Shown here: positions 9,568 to 19,050 of the stretch, piece by piece
Layout of the letters: every line of letters starts with the position of its first letter
Position numbering within the stretch: the first letter of the stretch is position 1
NCBI GenBank assembly: GCA_964291675.2
Contig: OZ219866.1
Span: forward strand, 2,176,001-2,240,000
Reading direction: 5' to 3'
Source of the DNA: Alphaproteobacteria bacterium
GTDB lineage: Bacteria; Pseudomonadota; Alphaproteobacteria; MPNO01
DNA length: 64,000 nucleotides
Translations under genes and position numbers: made by a program
The notes under the pieces: model-generated
Database searches by the model: none
What the model saw: the letters and a program-made list of their open reading frames with translations, nothing else
Told to the model about the DNA's origin: nothing

Positions 9568-9601
9568 GTCATGCTTGGCGTGGGCCGACCATCCACGAGT
9601 T
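9568..9601. repeat. Degenerate REP-like palindromic element
   Basis: GTCATG...CCATCCACG ends match the element at 37551-37600 read on the minus strand. Confidence 0.4.
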
Positions 9602-9678
9602 CATTCGGCGATCCGAACGGCGCAATAAGAGAAGGGGGCTATAGGCGACAGTATTCCGCTCATCCAGAAACCTGTAAC

Positions 9679-9999
9679 CTAACCGCCACAAAACACTTCG
9701 GACTCGAGCGGCGGAAGTTTCAGGTACTTCCGTTTGCTGTTAACCAAGAGCTCGACTTCCGAACACCACTCCAGGTGTCGAAGTCGGTATTCGGCCGCAA
9801 GTCTAGCCGACTCCTCCTTGGCGGCAATCGCAGCCTCCGCGCGTCGGTCCAGAGAATAGTCGCTCCCAAGGTAGAACGACACGCTGAACAGGATCACGAG
9901 TATCGATACGGCCTTGAGGCTTACGTTCTCGCGGTCCTTCGCAGCCCAAATGACTGCGACACTGAACGACGGGATGACCGCCGGGATAACGGCGCCCAA
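9679..9999 (-). CDS. Hypothetical membrane protein (start uncertain)
   Basis: Two hydrophobic stretches; frame stays open upstream to 10134 without an ATG; visibly lower-GC segment. Confidence 0.4.
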   Translation of the reverse strand: MGAVIPAVIPSFSVAVIWAAKDRENVSLKAVSILVILFSVSFYLGSDYSLDRRAEAAIAAKEESARLAAEYRLRHLEWCSEVELLVNSKRKYLKLPPLESEVFCGG

Positions 10000-10097
10000 T
10001 ACCTCCGGATCAGGCCCGCTCTCGCCCGTGAGCGATCCAGAGAGAATGCCAACGGCTATGACGGCCGCGGCCGCAAACGGATAGGCCGCAGGAAGCT

Positions 10098-10433
10098 CTA
10101 GTTCCGTGTCAATTTGGCCGACACCCCGATTATCCTAAGCTGTTCCACCGGAGCCGCGGTCCAGATCCTCGCGCCCTTTGCGCTCTTGGCCGTAAAGAGG
10201 CCCTCCGTTCTCAGCATGGGACGAGGGACGGCCTCTCCATTGCAGGACTTCCAGTCTCCACCCTCCTTGCTGATACATTGCTCGAATTCTCCGATCGAAG
10301 TCGGAGTCGACGACTCCGGTTCGTCGGCCGGAGCGGCCCAGGGAAGGAGCAGAGCCAAGAACCCTGGGAGAATTCCCCTCAACATAGCGGAACTCCGAAG
10401 AAGATCGCGTATATGGCGTGTTTCGCGGGGCAA
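10098..10433 (-). CDS. Hypothetical protein, possibly secreted
   Basis: Internal MLRGILPGFLALLLPWAAPA resembles a signal peptide; two Cys; lower-GC segment. Confidence 0.3.
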   Translation of the reverse strand: MPRETRHIRDLLRSSAMLRGILPGFLALLLPWAAPADEPESSTPTSIGEFEQCISKEGGDWKSCNGEAVPRPMLRTEGLFTAKSAKGARIWTAAPVEQLRIIGVSAKLTRN

Positions 10434-10548
10434 ATCAAGCGATCGCTCCCGAGTCGCGCCCCCCGCGGGTGAGCGTCTTGACTTTCCCCGTCTTCGGAGC
10501 TAGGTCGCCGGCTTGTCAATGGTGCGGGGCGGTACCGAGAATGTGCGC

Positions 10549-11103
10549 ATGACCCCGGAAGCCCTGCGCGAACGGTTTCTCATCTGGCAATGCCGGATCC
10601 GCCAGATCGCCATGCGCGAGGACGGCGGGCGGCCCTCCGAAGGCATGCGGCCGAAAATCCGCTCGTCCGGCGGCGAGATCCTGTCGGACGGCGTGATCGT
10701 ATTGCTGGTGCGCAGCGACCCGGCAGAGAGCACGGATTTCTTCGAATTCCAGGTCCGCAAGAACCACGACCCGAACGAGGTCTACCAGAAGGGGCTGGAA
10801 TTTCTGCAGGCCACCCACTATCACCGCGCCAACCGGTTCTCCGACGAGGTGACGGCGCTGTTCCTGGCGGAATCCCGGCTCGCCGCGGCGCTGGCCGGGC
10901 TGGACGTTTGCCGGCTCGACTTTCATCAGTTCGGGCAGTCCTGGCGCCTGCCCTGCGCGGTGCGCGAGCTGGAGGCCGACGAGCCGGCCCATCGGCACAC
11001 GCTGTGGCACAATCGGCTGTTCAACACCCAGCTCTCGGACGACGTCAGGGTCCTGGGATTCCGGCCGGACTGGACGGCGGCGCTCCTGCTCGCGGCCGAC
11101 TGA
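10549..11103 (+). CDS. Hypothetical protein of the methylamine island
   Basis: 184 aa from ATG 10549, normal codon usage, distinctive FLIWQCRIRQIAMR and TLWHNRLFN motifs; no family recognised. Confidence 0.75.
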   Translation: MTPEALRERFLIWQCRIRQIAMREDGGRPSEGMRPKIRSSGGEILSDGVIVLLVRSDPAESTDFFEFQVRKNHDPNEVYQKGLEFLQATHYHRANRFSDEVTALFLAESRLAAALAGLDVCRLDFHQFGQSWRLPCAVRELEADEPAHRHTLWHNRLFNTQLSDDVRVLGFRPDWTAALLLAAD

Positions 11104-11144
11104 CTGCCTTCCCCCGAAACCGGCTTGCGGCCCGGGAGGGGACG

Positions 11145-11555
11145 TCAGAACTTCCGATAGGCCTTGTACAGCTCCACCATCGGGTGATCGGGCGACATCT
11201 GGAACTTGATCAGCATCTCCCGGGCGATCATGTCGCGGTCCTGCTGGTTGTCCGGCAGCTCCATGTCCTCGGGGATCGCGACCCAGCCGTTGATGTTGCG
11301 GTCGAACACCGCGGGCTGGCCGTCGTCGTAGCCCATATGGACGTCTTCCAGCCAGTTGAGGTCCTCCCAGCCCATGAATTCCAAATAGTCCTTCAGGAAC
11401 GGGGTCAGCCTGTCGTAGTCGGGCAGAAGATTGACGTCGTAGCGGTAGCCGATGTGCTGCCCGATGTCCTGCTCGCGCTCGGAGTCGATTCCGCCGCCCT
11501 TGAGGAAGTGGTCGACATCCTCGATTGCGGCGCCCTTGTATCCGGATCCGGCCAT
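11145..11555 (-). CDS. Hypothetical acidic protein directly downstream of mgsC
   Basis: 136 aa, 13 bp after the mgsC stop, purine-rich RBS (GGAAGGG), typical codon usage. Confidence 0.8.
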   Translation of the reverse strand: MAGSGYKGAAIEDVDHFLKGGGIDSEREQDIGQHIGYRYDVNLLPDYDRLTPFLKDYLEFMGWEDLNWLEDVHMGYDDGQPAVFDRNINGWVAIPEDMELPDNQQDRDMIAREMLIKFQMSPDHPMVELYKAYRKF

Positions 11556-11568
11556 TCTGCCCTTCCGT

Positions 11569-12945
11569 TCAGATGTGGTGATAGTCCTCGACGCCGACCG
11601 TGTAGTCGGTGCCGGCGAGCGGGACCTGCGCGATGGCGGACGCCTCCATGGTCAGCGCGGCGAGGTCCTCCGGCTCCAGCGAGTGGATGTCGGTCTTGCC
11701 GCAGGCGCGGGCCATCATCTGCGCCTCCATGGTGAGCGTGTGCAGGAAGTTGTAGACCCGCTCGGCCGCCTCGTCGGGGTTGAGCCGCTTGCGCAGCTCC
11801 GGGTCCTGCGTGGCGACGCCGACCGGGCAGCGGCCGGTATGGCAGTGATAGCAGGCACCCGCGGGAACCCCCATCTCCGACGGGAAGTCGGCTTCCGGGA
11901 TGTCCTTGTTGCAGTTGAGCGCCATCATCGCCGAATGGCCGATGGCGATCGCGTCCGCGCCGAGCGCCAGCGCCTTGGCGACGTCGCCGCCGTTGCGGAT
12001 GCCCCCGGCATAGACCAGCGAGATCTCGCCCCGCTTGCCGAGGTCGTCGATGGCGCGCCTTGCCTGCCGGATCGCCGCCATGCCCGGCACGCCGGTCTCC
12101 TCGGTGGCCAGATGCGGGCCGGCGCCGGTGCCGCCCTCCATGCCGTCGATGTAGATCGAATCCGGATCGCATTTCACCGCCATGCGGACGTCGTCATAGA
12201 CCCGCGCGGCGCCGAGCTTGAGCTGGACCGGGATCTGCCAGTCGGTCGCCTCGCGGATCTCCAGGATCTTGAGAGCCAGATCGTCGGGCCCCAGCCAGTC
12301 GGGGTGGCGCGCCGGCGAGCGCTGGTCGATACCGGCCGGCAGCGAGCGCATCTCGGCGACCTGGTCGGTCACCTTCTGGCCCATCAGATGGCCGCCCAGC
12401 CCGACCTTGCAGCCCTGGCCGATGAAGAACTCGCAGCCGTCCGCCAGCAGCAAGTGGTGCGGGTTGAAGCCGTAGCGCGACTGGATGCACTGGTAGAACC
12501 ACTTGGACGAGTAGCGCCGTTCGTCGGGGATCATGCCGCCTTCGCCGGAACAGGTCGCGGTGCCGGCCATGGTGGCGCCGCGGGCGAGCGCCGTCTTGGC
12601 CTCGAACGAGAGCGCGCCGAAGCTCATGCCGGTGATGTAGATCGGGATATCGAGCACCACCGGGCGCTTGGCGCGCGGCCCGATCACCGTCCTGGTCTCG
12701 CATTTCTCGCGATAGCCCTCGATCACGAACCGGGTCAGCGTGCCGGGCAGGAAGGTGAGGTCGTCCCAGTGCGGAATCTTCTTGAACAGCGAGAAGCCGC
12801 GCATCCGGTAGCGGCCGAGCTCCGACTTCACGTGGATGTCGTTGATGACCTCCGGGGTGAAGATCTGGCTCCGGCCGAGGATGTATTTTTCCTCGATTTC
12901 CTGCTTGGCGTGGCGGTTGCCGCCCGGGATCGCATCGTCCGGCAT
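11569..12945 (-). CDS. mgsC: N-methylglutamate synthase subunit C (FMN-binding glutamate synthase-like, GlxD)
   Basis: TGMSFGALS, GEGG, GQGCKVGLGGHL, SPARHPD, IDGMEGGTGA, GGIRNGGD, CYHCHTGRCPVG cluster motif. Confidence 0.9.
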   Translation of the reverse strand: MPDDAIPGGNRHAKQEIEEKYILGRSQIFTPEVINDIHVKSELGRYRMRGFSLFKKIPHWDDLTFLPGTLTRFVIEGYREKCETRTVIGPRAKRPVVLDIPIYITGMSFGALSFEAKTALARGATMAGTATCSGEGGMIPDERRYSSKWFYQCIQSRYGFNPHHLLLADGCEFFIGQGCKVGLGGHLMGQKVTDQVAEMRSLPAGIDQRSPARHPDWLGPDDLALKILEIREATDWQIPVQLKLGAARVYDDVRMAVKCDPDSIYIDGMEGGTGAGPHLATEETGVPGMAAIRQARRAIDDLGKRGEISLVYAGGIRNGGDVAKALALGADAIAIGHSAMMALNCNKDIPEADFPSEMGVPAGACYHCHTGRCPVGVATQDPELRKRLNPDEAAERVYNFLHTLTMEAQMMARACGKTDIHSLEPEDLAALTMEASAIAQVPLAGTDYTVGVEDYHHI

Positions 12946-12977
12946 GTCGGTCTGTTCCTGCGCTGCGACGGCGCTGG

Positions 12978-13820
12978 CTAAAGCACCAGCTTCTTCTCCG
13001 TCGGTTCGAGATTGTCGTAGCTCCACAGCTGCTTGCCGGCGACGATCTTGGTGAAGTGGTCGACACCCTGCGGCGGCAGCAATTCGTACATCTTGAGCTT
13101 GCGGGCGAGCCAGGCCCGGTCGAGATCCGTCAGCGCCGCCGGCACCGCATCGACGCCGAGGTCCTGGATCTCGCCGCCGACATAGATCGTGCCGTCATAC
13201 ATCGAGTCGCCGAGATTCTTGCCCGCGTTGCCGCAGACGACGATGCGGCCGCGCTGCATCATGAAGCCGGAGAATGCGCCGGTGTCGCCGCCGACGATGA
13301 TGGTGCCGCCCTTCTGGTCGATGCCGGTGCGCGAGCCCACCGAGCCCTTGCACACCAGGTCGCCGCCGCGCAGCGCGGCGCCGAAGGTGGAGCCGGCATT
13401 CTTCTCGATCACGCAGATTCCGGCCATCATGTTCTCGCCGAACGACCAGCCGACCCGGCCGGAAATCCGCACCACCGGCCCGTCCAGCAGGCCGCAGCCG
13501 AAATACCCCAGGCTGCCTTCGACGATGATGTTCATCCGGTTGAGGATGCCCACGATCAGCGAATGCTTGGCGCCCGGGTTGCGGAGCACGATGGAGCCGT
13601 GGCCCGACTCCATGAGCTCGCGTATCTTCCGGTTGATCTCCGTCGGCTCCAGCGCGGCGCAGTCGATCTCGGCGCGCCGGTTGAAATCGACATCGAGCGC
13701 GAAGTGGTAGGCAAAGCCGCCTTCGTTCTCCAGCCTGAACTTGGTCTTGATGTCCCGGCCCGTCAGGGGCTCGGTATGCATCCCCATCTCGGTGGAGACC
13801 GACCGGTCTACGCCTGCCAT
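12978..13820 (-). CDS. mgsB: N-methylglutamate synthase subunit B (GXGXG domain, GlxC)
   Basis: Repeated GXGXG beta-helix motifs (GSLGYF, GENMMAG, GFMMQRG, LGDSMYDG); overlaps mgsA stop. Confidence 0.88.
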   Translation of the reverse strand: MAGVDRSVSTEMGMHTEPLTGRDIKTKFRLENEGGFAYHFALDVDFNRRAEIDCAALEPTEINRKIRELMESGHGSIVLRNPGAKHSLIVGILNRMNIIVEGSLGYFGCGLLDGPVVRISGRVGWSFGENMMAGICVIEKNAGSTFGAALRGGDLVCKGSVGSRTGIDQKGGTIIVGGDTGAFSGFMMQRGRIVVCGNAGKNLGDSMYDGTIYVGGEIQDLGVDAVPAALTDLDRAWLARKLKMYELLPPQGVDHFTKIVAGKQLWSYDNLEPTEKKLVL

Positions 13821-14743
13821 ACCCGGACCTCCTCGTCATAGGGGTCGGTGGTGTCGATCTCGTGCGGGATGATCGCCCGGATCGCGACCTCCTCGGAAGC
13901 CAGCGCCACGATGTCGTCCGCTTCGTAGAGCACCATCGGCTTGGCGGCCATCGTGTCCTTCGCCATGCCGAGCTCGTTCCGGGTCGTGATCAGATAGGTG
14001 AACACCCCGTCGATCTCCTCGATCGAGGTGCGGAGCGAGTCCTCCAGGGTCATCCCCTTTTCGAGATTGACCGCCGTGTAGACCGCCAGCAGCTCCGAAT
14101 CGCAGTTGCTGACGAAGCGCTGCCCGTCGCGCTCCAACTGCCGGCGCATCAGCCAGTAGTTGGTGACCTGGCCGTTGTGAACGACCGCGATGTCGTTATA
14201 GGGATAGGCCCAGTAGGGATGGGCGGAGCGGATGTCGACATCCGATTCGGTCGCCATCCTGGTATGCCCGATGCCGTGGGTCCCGCGGAAGTCGCCGAGG
14301 TCGTAGTCGCCCGAAACGTCGGCCGCGTCGCCCAGATCCTTGATCAGCTCCAGGGCGTTGCCGATCGACAGGATCTCGGTGCCCTCGATCTCCTCGATCT
14401 GGTCGGCCAAGACCTTCATGTCGCCGTCATGGGCGATCCGGTAGCGGTTCGCGTACTCGGTCGGCCCGTCGCGGTCGAGCACGGCGACGCCGAGCTCCTC
14501 CAGCAGGGTATCGACCGCCGCCTTGCGCTCGGCGATCGCCCGGTGGATCCTGGTCCCGCCGCCCAGATCCTCCTTCTCGGCGACCTTGAAGCGCAGGATG
14601 TACTGGTTCGGCCCGGGCTCGCCGTAGATGGCGAATCCGGTGGAATCCGGGCCGCGATGCTTCAGCGCCTGCAACATGGCGGTCATCTCGCCGCCGATGT
14701 TGCGGGAGCCGTCGCGGTAGATCAGTCCGGCAATGCCGCACAT
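13808..14743 (-). CDS. mgsA: N-methylglutamate synthase subunit A (class II glutamine amidotransferase, GlxB)
   Basis: MCGIAG N-terminal nucleophile, HRGPDS, GHTRMATES, VHNG, DSE. Confidence 0.9.
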   Translation of the reverse strand: MCGIAGLIYRDGSRNIGGEMTAMLQALKHRGPDSTGFAIYGEPGPNQYILRFKVAEKEDLGGGTRIHRAIAERKAAVDTLLEELGVAVLDRDGPTEYANRYRIAHDGDMKVLADQIEEIEGTEILSIGNALELIKDLGDAADVSGDYDLGDFRGTHGIGHTRMATESDVDIRSAHPYWAYPYNDIAVVHNGQVTNYWLMRRQLERDGQRFVSNCDSELLAVYTAVNLEKGMTLEDSLRTSIEEIDGVFTYLITTRNELGMAKDTMAAKPMVLYEADDIVALASEEVAIRAIIPHEIDTTDPYDEEVRVWQA

Positions 14744-14769
14744 GGGCTGTTTCTCCCGTCGAACGCCGG

Positions 14770-16239
14770 TCAGGGCAGGCAGTCGAGATAGGTTTCCATG
14801 TCCCACTCGGTCGTGGTGTGCAGGAAACGCTCCCACTCGTCGCGCTTGTATTCGTCGTACAGGCGGTACATCTCGCCCGGCATCGCCGCCTTGATGACCT
14901 CGTCCCCGGCGAGCGCGTCGAGCGCGTCTCCCAGCGTCATCGGCAGCTTGGTGACCAGCTTGCCCGCCTCCATCGCCTCGTAGATGTTGCGGTCTTCCGG
15001 CGGGCCGGGGTCGATGTCGTTCCTGATGCCGTCATCGGCCGCCTTGAGGATGGCGGCGGCCATCAGATGCGGGTTCACCATCGAGTCCACCGAGCGGTAC
15101 TCGAAGCGTCCCGGCGCGGAGATGCGCAGGCCCGTGGTGCGGTTCTGATAGCCCCAGTCGGCGAATACCGGCGCCCAGAAGCCGGTATCCCACAGCCGGC
15201 GATAGGAGTTCACCGTCGAGGCGCCGATGGCGGTGAGCGCGCCGAGATGCTTCACGATGCCGCCGACCACCTGGAGGCCGGTCTTGCCCGGGAGCTGAAC
15301 GTCGTCGGTATCCGGCAGGAAGGTGTTCTCGCCGCCCTTAAGATACATGAAGTTGCCTTCCATGCCGGGCAGCGGATCGTTGCCGAGCGCATTGAACCGC
15401 TCCTCGCCGCCGCGCCACAGCGAGATGTTGTGATGGCAGCCGGAGGCCGACACGCCCATGAAGGGCTTGGACATGAAGCAGGCGATCAGGTTGTTCTCGC
15501 GGGCGACCTGGGCGCAGATCTGGCGGTAGGTCGTCAGCCGGTCGGCGGTCCTGAGCGCGGTGTCGAAGGTGAAGTTGAGCTCGAGCTGGCCCGGCGCGTC
15601 CTCATGGTCGCCCTGGATCATGTCCAGCCCCATGGCGCGGGAATACTCGATGACCCGCAGGAAGACCGGCCGCAGGCTCTCGAACTGGTCGATGTGATAG
15701 CAGTAGGGGTTGGAGAAGCCGCCATCCGGCTTGCCGTCCTCGCCCCGCTTCAGCCACATCATCTCCGGCTCGGTGCCGTGGCGCAGATGCAGGCCGTCGT
15801 GATCCTCCTGGAACTGGGCGTGGATGCGACGCAGATTGCCGCGGCAGTCCGCGGTGAGGAACGCGCCGGGCTCGTCGCGCTCTTCCCGGTTGCGGAACAG
15901 GGTGCACCAGACCCGCGCGACCCGCTTGTCCCAGGGGAGCTGGCAGAAGGTATCGGGCTCCGGGATGCCGACCAGCTCCTTCTCGTGCGGCCCGTAGCCG
16001 AGATACTCGCCGTGCCGGTTGAGGAACAGGTTCACGGTCGCGCCGTAGACCAGTTGGAAGCCGCGTTCGGCGACGGTTTCCCAATGATCCGACGGGATGC
16101 CCTTGCCGCAGATCCGGCCGGTGATCGACACGAACTGGAGATAGAGATACTCGATGCCGAGCTCGTCGATCCTTGCCCGCACCTGCCTTACCAGATCGTC
16201 GCGTCCGTCCTGTTGCACAAAGGCTTCGATATCCATCAT
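14770..16239 (-). CDS. gmaS: Glutamine synthetase-like protein, gamma-glutamylmethylamide synthetase by context
   Basis: GTEPE, DHEDAPGQLE, FMSKPF..SASGCHHNIS, TVNSYRRL, NRT, FEYRSVD; first gene of the mgsABC operon. Confidence 0.82.
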   Translation of the reverse strand: MMDIEAFVQQDGRDDLVRQVRARIDELGIEYLYLQFVSITGRICGKGIPSDHWETVAERGFQLVYGATVNLFLNRHGEYLGYGPHEKELVGIPEPDTFCQLPWDKRVARVWCTLFRNREERDEPGAFLTADCRGNLRRIHAQFQEDHDGLHLRHGTEPEMMWLKRGEDGKPDGGFSNPYCYHIDQFESLRPVFLRVIEYSRAMGLDMIQGDHEDAPGQLELNFTFDTALRTADRLTTYRQICAQVARENNLIACFMSKPFMGVSASGCHHNISLWRGGEERFNALGNDPLPGMEGNFMYLKGGENTFLPDTDDVQLPGKTGLQVVGGIVKHLGALTAIGASTVNSYRRLWDTGFWAPVFADWGYQNRTTGLRISAPGRFEYRSVDSMVNPHLMAAAILKAADDGIRNDIDPGPPEDRNIYEAMEAGKLVTKLPMTLGDALDALAGDEVIKAAMPGEMYRLYDEYKRDEWERFLHTTTEWDMETYLDCLP

Positions 16240-16457
16240 GTCGCCGTCCCCTCCTGGCGCGCTTTGCCGACGCTCGTCGCGTCACCCCGGCGGTTGACGC
16301 AACCAATACGAACCATTACATTGGCTCCGATCGAACGATCGCGGGTGACGCGACCGACAGAGAAATATTTAGATATCCTCGGTAGGTCCCGTTTGACAAT
16401 CGGCGTGGCCGGATGACCCGCATTGCTTGAACGGTCGCCAGTCTGCATCGTCGATTG

Positions 16458-16494
16458 ACCAATTGCAAACCAATTTTGCCAATACCAACCAATT
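16458..16494. promoter_or_regulatory. Helically phased (A/G)CCAAT repeats, candidate GntR/FadR operators
   Basis: ACCAATT 16458, ACCAATT 16469, GCCAATA 16478, ACCAATT 16488; further ACCAAT at 16302. Confidence 0.5.
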
Positions 16495-16537
16495 AGTGCA
16501 GGGGCGGCGTTGGCGGTGAATCGGGGAGGGTCGGGTT

Positions 16538-17278
16538 GTGGATGACGCGGGCGCGTCCGCGCAGCAGGTTCGACCCGTCGCCGGCCTGCGTCCCGGCGAG
16601 GGCGGCCGCCATGTCGGGCACATCACCGCGCAGCTGCGCGAGGCCATCCGCAGCGGCTTCTACGTGACCGGCGACCAGCTTCCGGCCGAGCGCGAGCTGG
16701 CCGAGCGGTTCGCCACCGCGCGCAGCACCATCCGCAAGGTACTGCTCAATCTGGAGACCGACGGCCTGATCGAGCGGCGGGTCGGCAGCGGCACGTTTGT
16801 GACCTGCGACGACATGGCGATCGATGCCGCGCGCGACATCGTCGGCCGGGTCAGCCCGCTGGAGCTGATCGAAGCCCGTCTGGCGGTCGAGCCGCACATG
16901 ATCCGGCTCGCGGTGCTCAACGCGACGGCCAACGAAATCGGGATGCTGGGATCCATCCTCGACGACCTCGAGCAGTGCCGGAACGACAAGGAGACCTTTT
17001 CCCGGCACGACAGCATGTTCCACGAATGGCTTGCCAGGAGCTCCAAGAACCCGCTGCTGCTCCACCTCTACCAGCAGATCAACGCGGTGCGCGGCCACGG
17101 CCAGTGGGACGCCATGAAGAACAAGATCCTGTCGTCCGAAGTGATCGACGAATACAACCGCCAGCACCGCGCGCTGTACGAAGCGATCAGGCGCCGCGAC
17201 ATCGTCGCCGCCGTGAAGCACATCAACGACCATCTGGAAAAGGCGCGCAAGGACCTGACGGGCGCCGGCGAGATCTGA
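16538..17278 (+). CDS. GntR/FadR-family regulator with FCD domain (TmoR-like by context)
   Basis: GDQLPAERELAERF wHTH, RRVGSGTFV, LIEARLAVE, DSMFH..LA..SKNPLL. Confidence 0.9.
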   Translation: MDDAGASAQQVRPVAGLRPGEGGRHVGHITAQLREAIRSGFYVTGDQLPAERELAERFATARSTIRKVLLNLETDGLIERRVGSGTFVTCDDMAIDAARDIVGRVSPLELIEARLAVEPHMIRLAVLNATANEIGMLGSILDDLEQCRNDKETFSRHDSMFHEWLARSSKNPLLLHLYQQINAVRGHGQWDAMKNKILSSEVIDEYNRQHRALYEAIRRRDIVAAVKHINDHLEKARKDLTGAGEI

Positions 17279-17285
17279 TCGTCCG

Positions 17286-18308
17286 TCAGGCGTCGCAATC
17301 GACCCACACGTCGTCCGACCGCGGCACCGCCTGGCACAGCAGGATGTAGCCCCTCTCCTTGTCGCGCTTCGACAGGATGGTGCTCTTGCGCATCGCGACC
17401 TCGCCGGATTTCCTGATCACCATGCAGGAGCCGCAATGGGCGTCCTTGCAGGAATGCACCGGATCGAGGCCCTGGGCCAGCATGCAATCGAGCAGGGTTT
17501 CTCCGGCTGAATAGGCCACCTCGCGGTCTTCGCCGTCGAGGGTGGCGCGGAAGCCCGCGACGCCGCCGGCTCCGGCGACCGGCTCCGAGTCTCCGGCGCC
17601 GGCATCGTCGTCGGACATGGTGAAACGCTCGATGAACACGTCGCGGTCGTCGACGCCGAGCTCCGCCAGCACGTCCACCGTCAGGTCCATGAACGGTGCC
17701 GGCCCGCAGACGAAGAAGTGGCAATCCGTCGAATCGCCCGCGAACTGCGCGATGCGCTCGGCGTCGGCCAGCCCGGCCTCCGCGTCGAGATGGTGGCGGC
17801 AGCCGAGCCGGCCGGGAAACCGCGCGCCCAGCTCGTCGAGCTCGCGCCGGAAGATGATCTGGTCGTACGCCGTGTTGGCGTAGAACAGTCGCGGCGACAG
17901 CGCGGTCTCGTGGAGCGCCTGCTTGATCAGCGAAATCACCGGGGTGATCCCGCTGCCGCCGGCGAACAGGACCATGGGCCGGTCGGGCCGGCGCATGACG
18001 AAGCGCCCGCTGGGGGGCGCGGCCTCGATGACGTCGCCCGGCCGCGGCACGTCGTTGAACCAGCTGGAGCCGGGCCCGCCCCGGACCCGCTTGACCGTGA
18101 CCTGCATCTCGTCGTCGCAGGCCGGCGCGCTCGACAGCGAGTAGCAGCGCTCGACGGGGCCGCCTGTCGCGGGAATCCGGAAGGTCAGGAACTGCCCGGG
18201 CCGGTAGCCGAACAGCGGCGCGTGTTCGGCTTCCGGCCTGAGCCGGAACGACCGTGCCTGCGGCGTCTCGTCGACGATCCCGCTTATCGTGAGCGGATAG
18301 AACTTCAC
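17286..18308 (-). CDS. Ferredoxin-NAD(P)+ reductase with C-terminal [2Fe-2S] domain
   Basis: PGQFLT, RCYSLSS, AGGSGITP, VCGPAPFM, CKDAHCGSC...LLCQA. Confidence 0.9.
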   Translation of the reverse strand: MKFYPLTISGIVDETPQARSFRLRPEAEHAPLFGYRPGQFLTFRIPATGGPVERCYSLSSAPACDDEMQVTVKRVRGGPGSSWFNDVPRPGDVIEAAPPSGRFVMRRPDRPMVLFAGGSGITPVISLIKQALHETALSPRLFYANTAYDQIIFRRELDELGARFPGRLGCRHHLDAEAGLADAERIAQFAGDSTDCHFFVCGPAPFMDLTVDVLAELGVDDRDVFIERFTMSDDDAGAGDSEPVAGAGGVAGFRATLDGEDREVAYSAGETLLDCMLAQGLDPVHSCKDAHCGSCMVIRKSGEVAMRKSTILSKRDKERGYILLCQAVPRSDDVWVDCDA

Positions 18309-18375
18309 CGGTACATCAATGCAACAGGCATTCCACCTCCAAGGGGCGAAGCCACAAACCGCACGCGCCTGCCGG

Positions 18376-19002
18376 CTAGAACGCGGCGGCAGCTTCCCTG
18401 GCTTCCTCGATCACCTTGGCCCGCGTCGCCGCCTGTTCCTCCGGCGATGTCAGCATCGGCTCGACGACCAGCGAACGGACATCCTCGAAGCCGATGAAGC
18501 TGAACAGGAAGTCCAGGTACCGCTTCTGGAAGTCGACCTCGAAGAAATCGGAGGGCGGCATATAGGCGGCGCCGCGCGCAACGATCACCATCGCCGGCTT
18601 GCCCTTGACCAGGCCTTCGTACCCGCCTTCCACCACGGCGAAGGCGAGGTCCGGCTGGACGATGATGTCGATCAGATGCTTCAGCTTGTAGGGAACGTTG
18701 AAGTTCCACATCGGCGTGCTGAGCACGATCTTGTCGGCCGAATTGAACCGGTTGAAGGTTTGCACCACGACCCGCCAGGCATCGGCTTCCCGTTGGTCGA
18801 GCTCGCCGAGATCCAGCAGCCTGTATTTCGCGTCGATCATGGCAATGTTGAGCTCGGGCAGCTCGGTATCCCAGAGATCCATCTTGTCGATCTCGTGATC
18901 GGGATTGGCGGCGCTGTAGGCCTCCAGGAACGCTTCCGCCACGGCGATCGAATGCGACCGCTCCTTGCGGGGCGAGACTTCAATGTAGAGAACCTTGGTC
19001 AT
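18376..19002 (-). CDS. FMN-dependent NADH-azoreductase (AzoR/AcpD family)
   Basis: SPR..RSHS, PMWNFNVPYKLK, ARGAAY, FIGFED. Confidence 0.88.
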   Translation of the reverse strand: MTKVLYIEVSPRKERSHSIAVAEAFLEAYSAANPDHEIDKMDLWDTELPELNIAMIDAKYRLLDLGELDQREADAWRVVVQTFNRFNSADKIVLSTPMWNFNVPYKLKHLIDIIVQPDLAFAVVEGGYEGLVKGKPAMVIVARGAAYMPPSDFFEVDFQKRYLDFLFSFIGFEDVRSLVVEPMLTSPEEQAATRAKVIEEAREAAAAF

Positions 19003-19050
19003 CTTCAGCCTCCTCTGTTCGTTTTATCGCCCGTCCGGCTCCGACGATCG

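Noticed and set aside
11145-11555. Possibility that the 136-aa protein is the missing dimethylformamidase small subunit
   Set aside because: Size fits, but I see no similarity to DmfA1 as I recall it, and it is coupled to mgsC 26 kb away; an HMM search would settle it.
17286-18308. Calling the reductase dmmB
   Set aside because: No DmmA/DmmC/DmmD neighbours; the motifs fit a generic FNR-[2Fe-2S] reductase.
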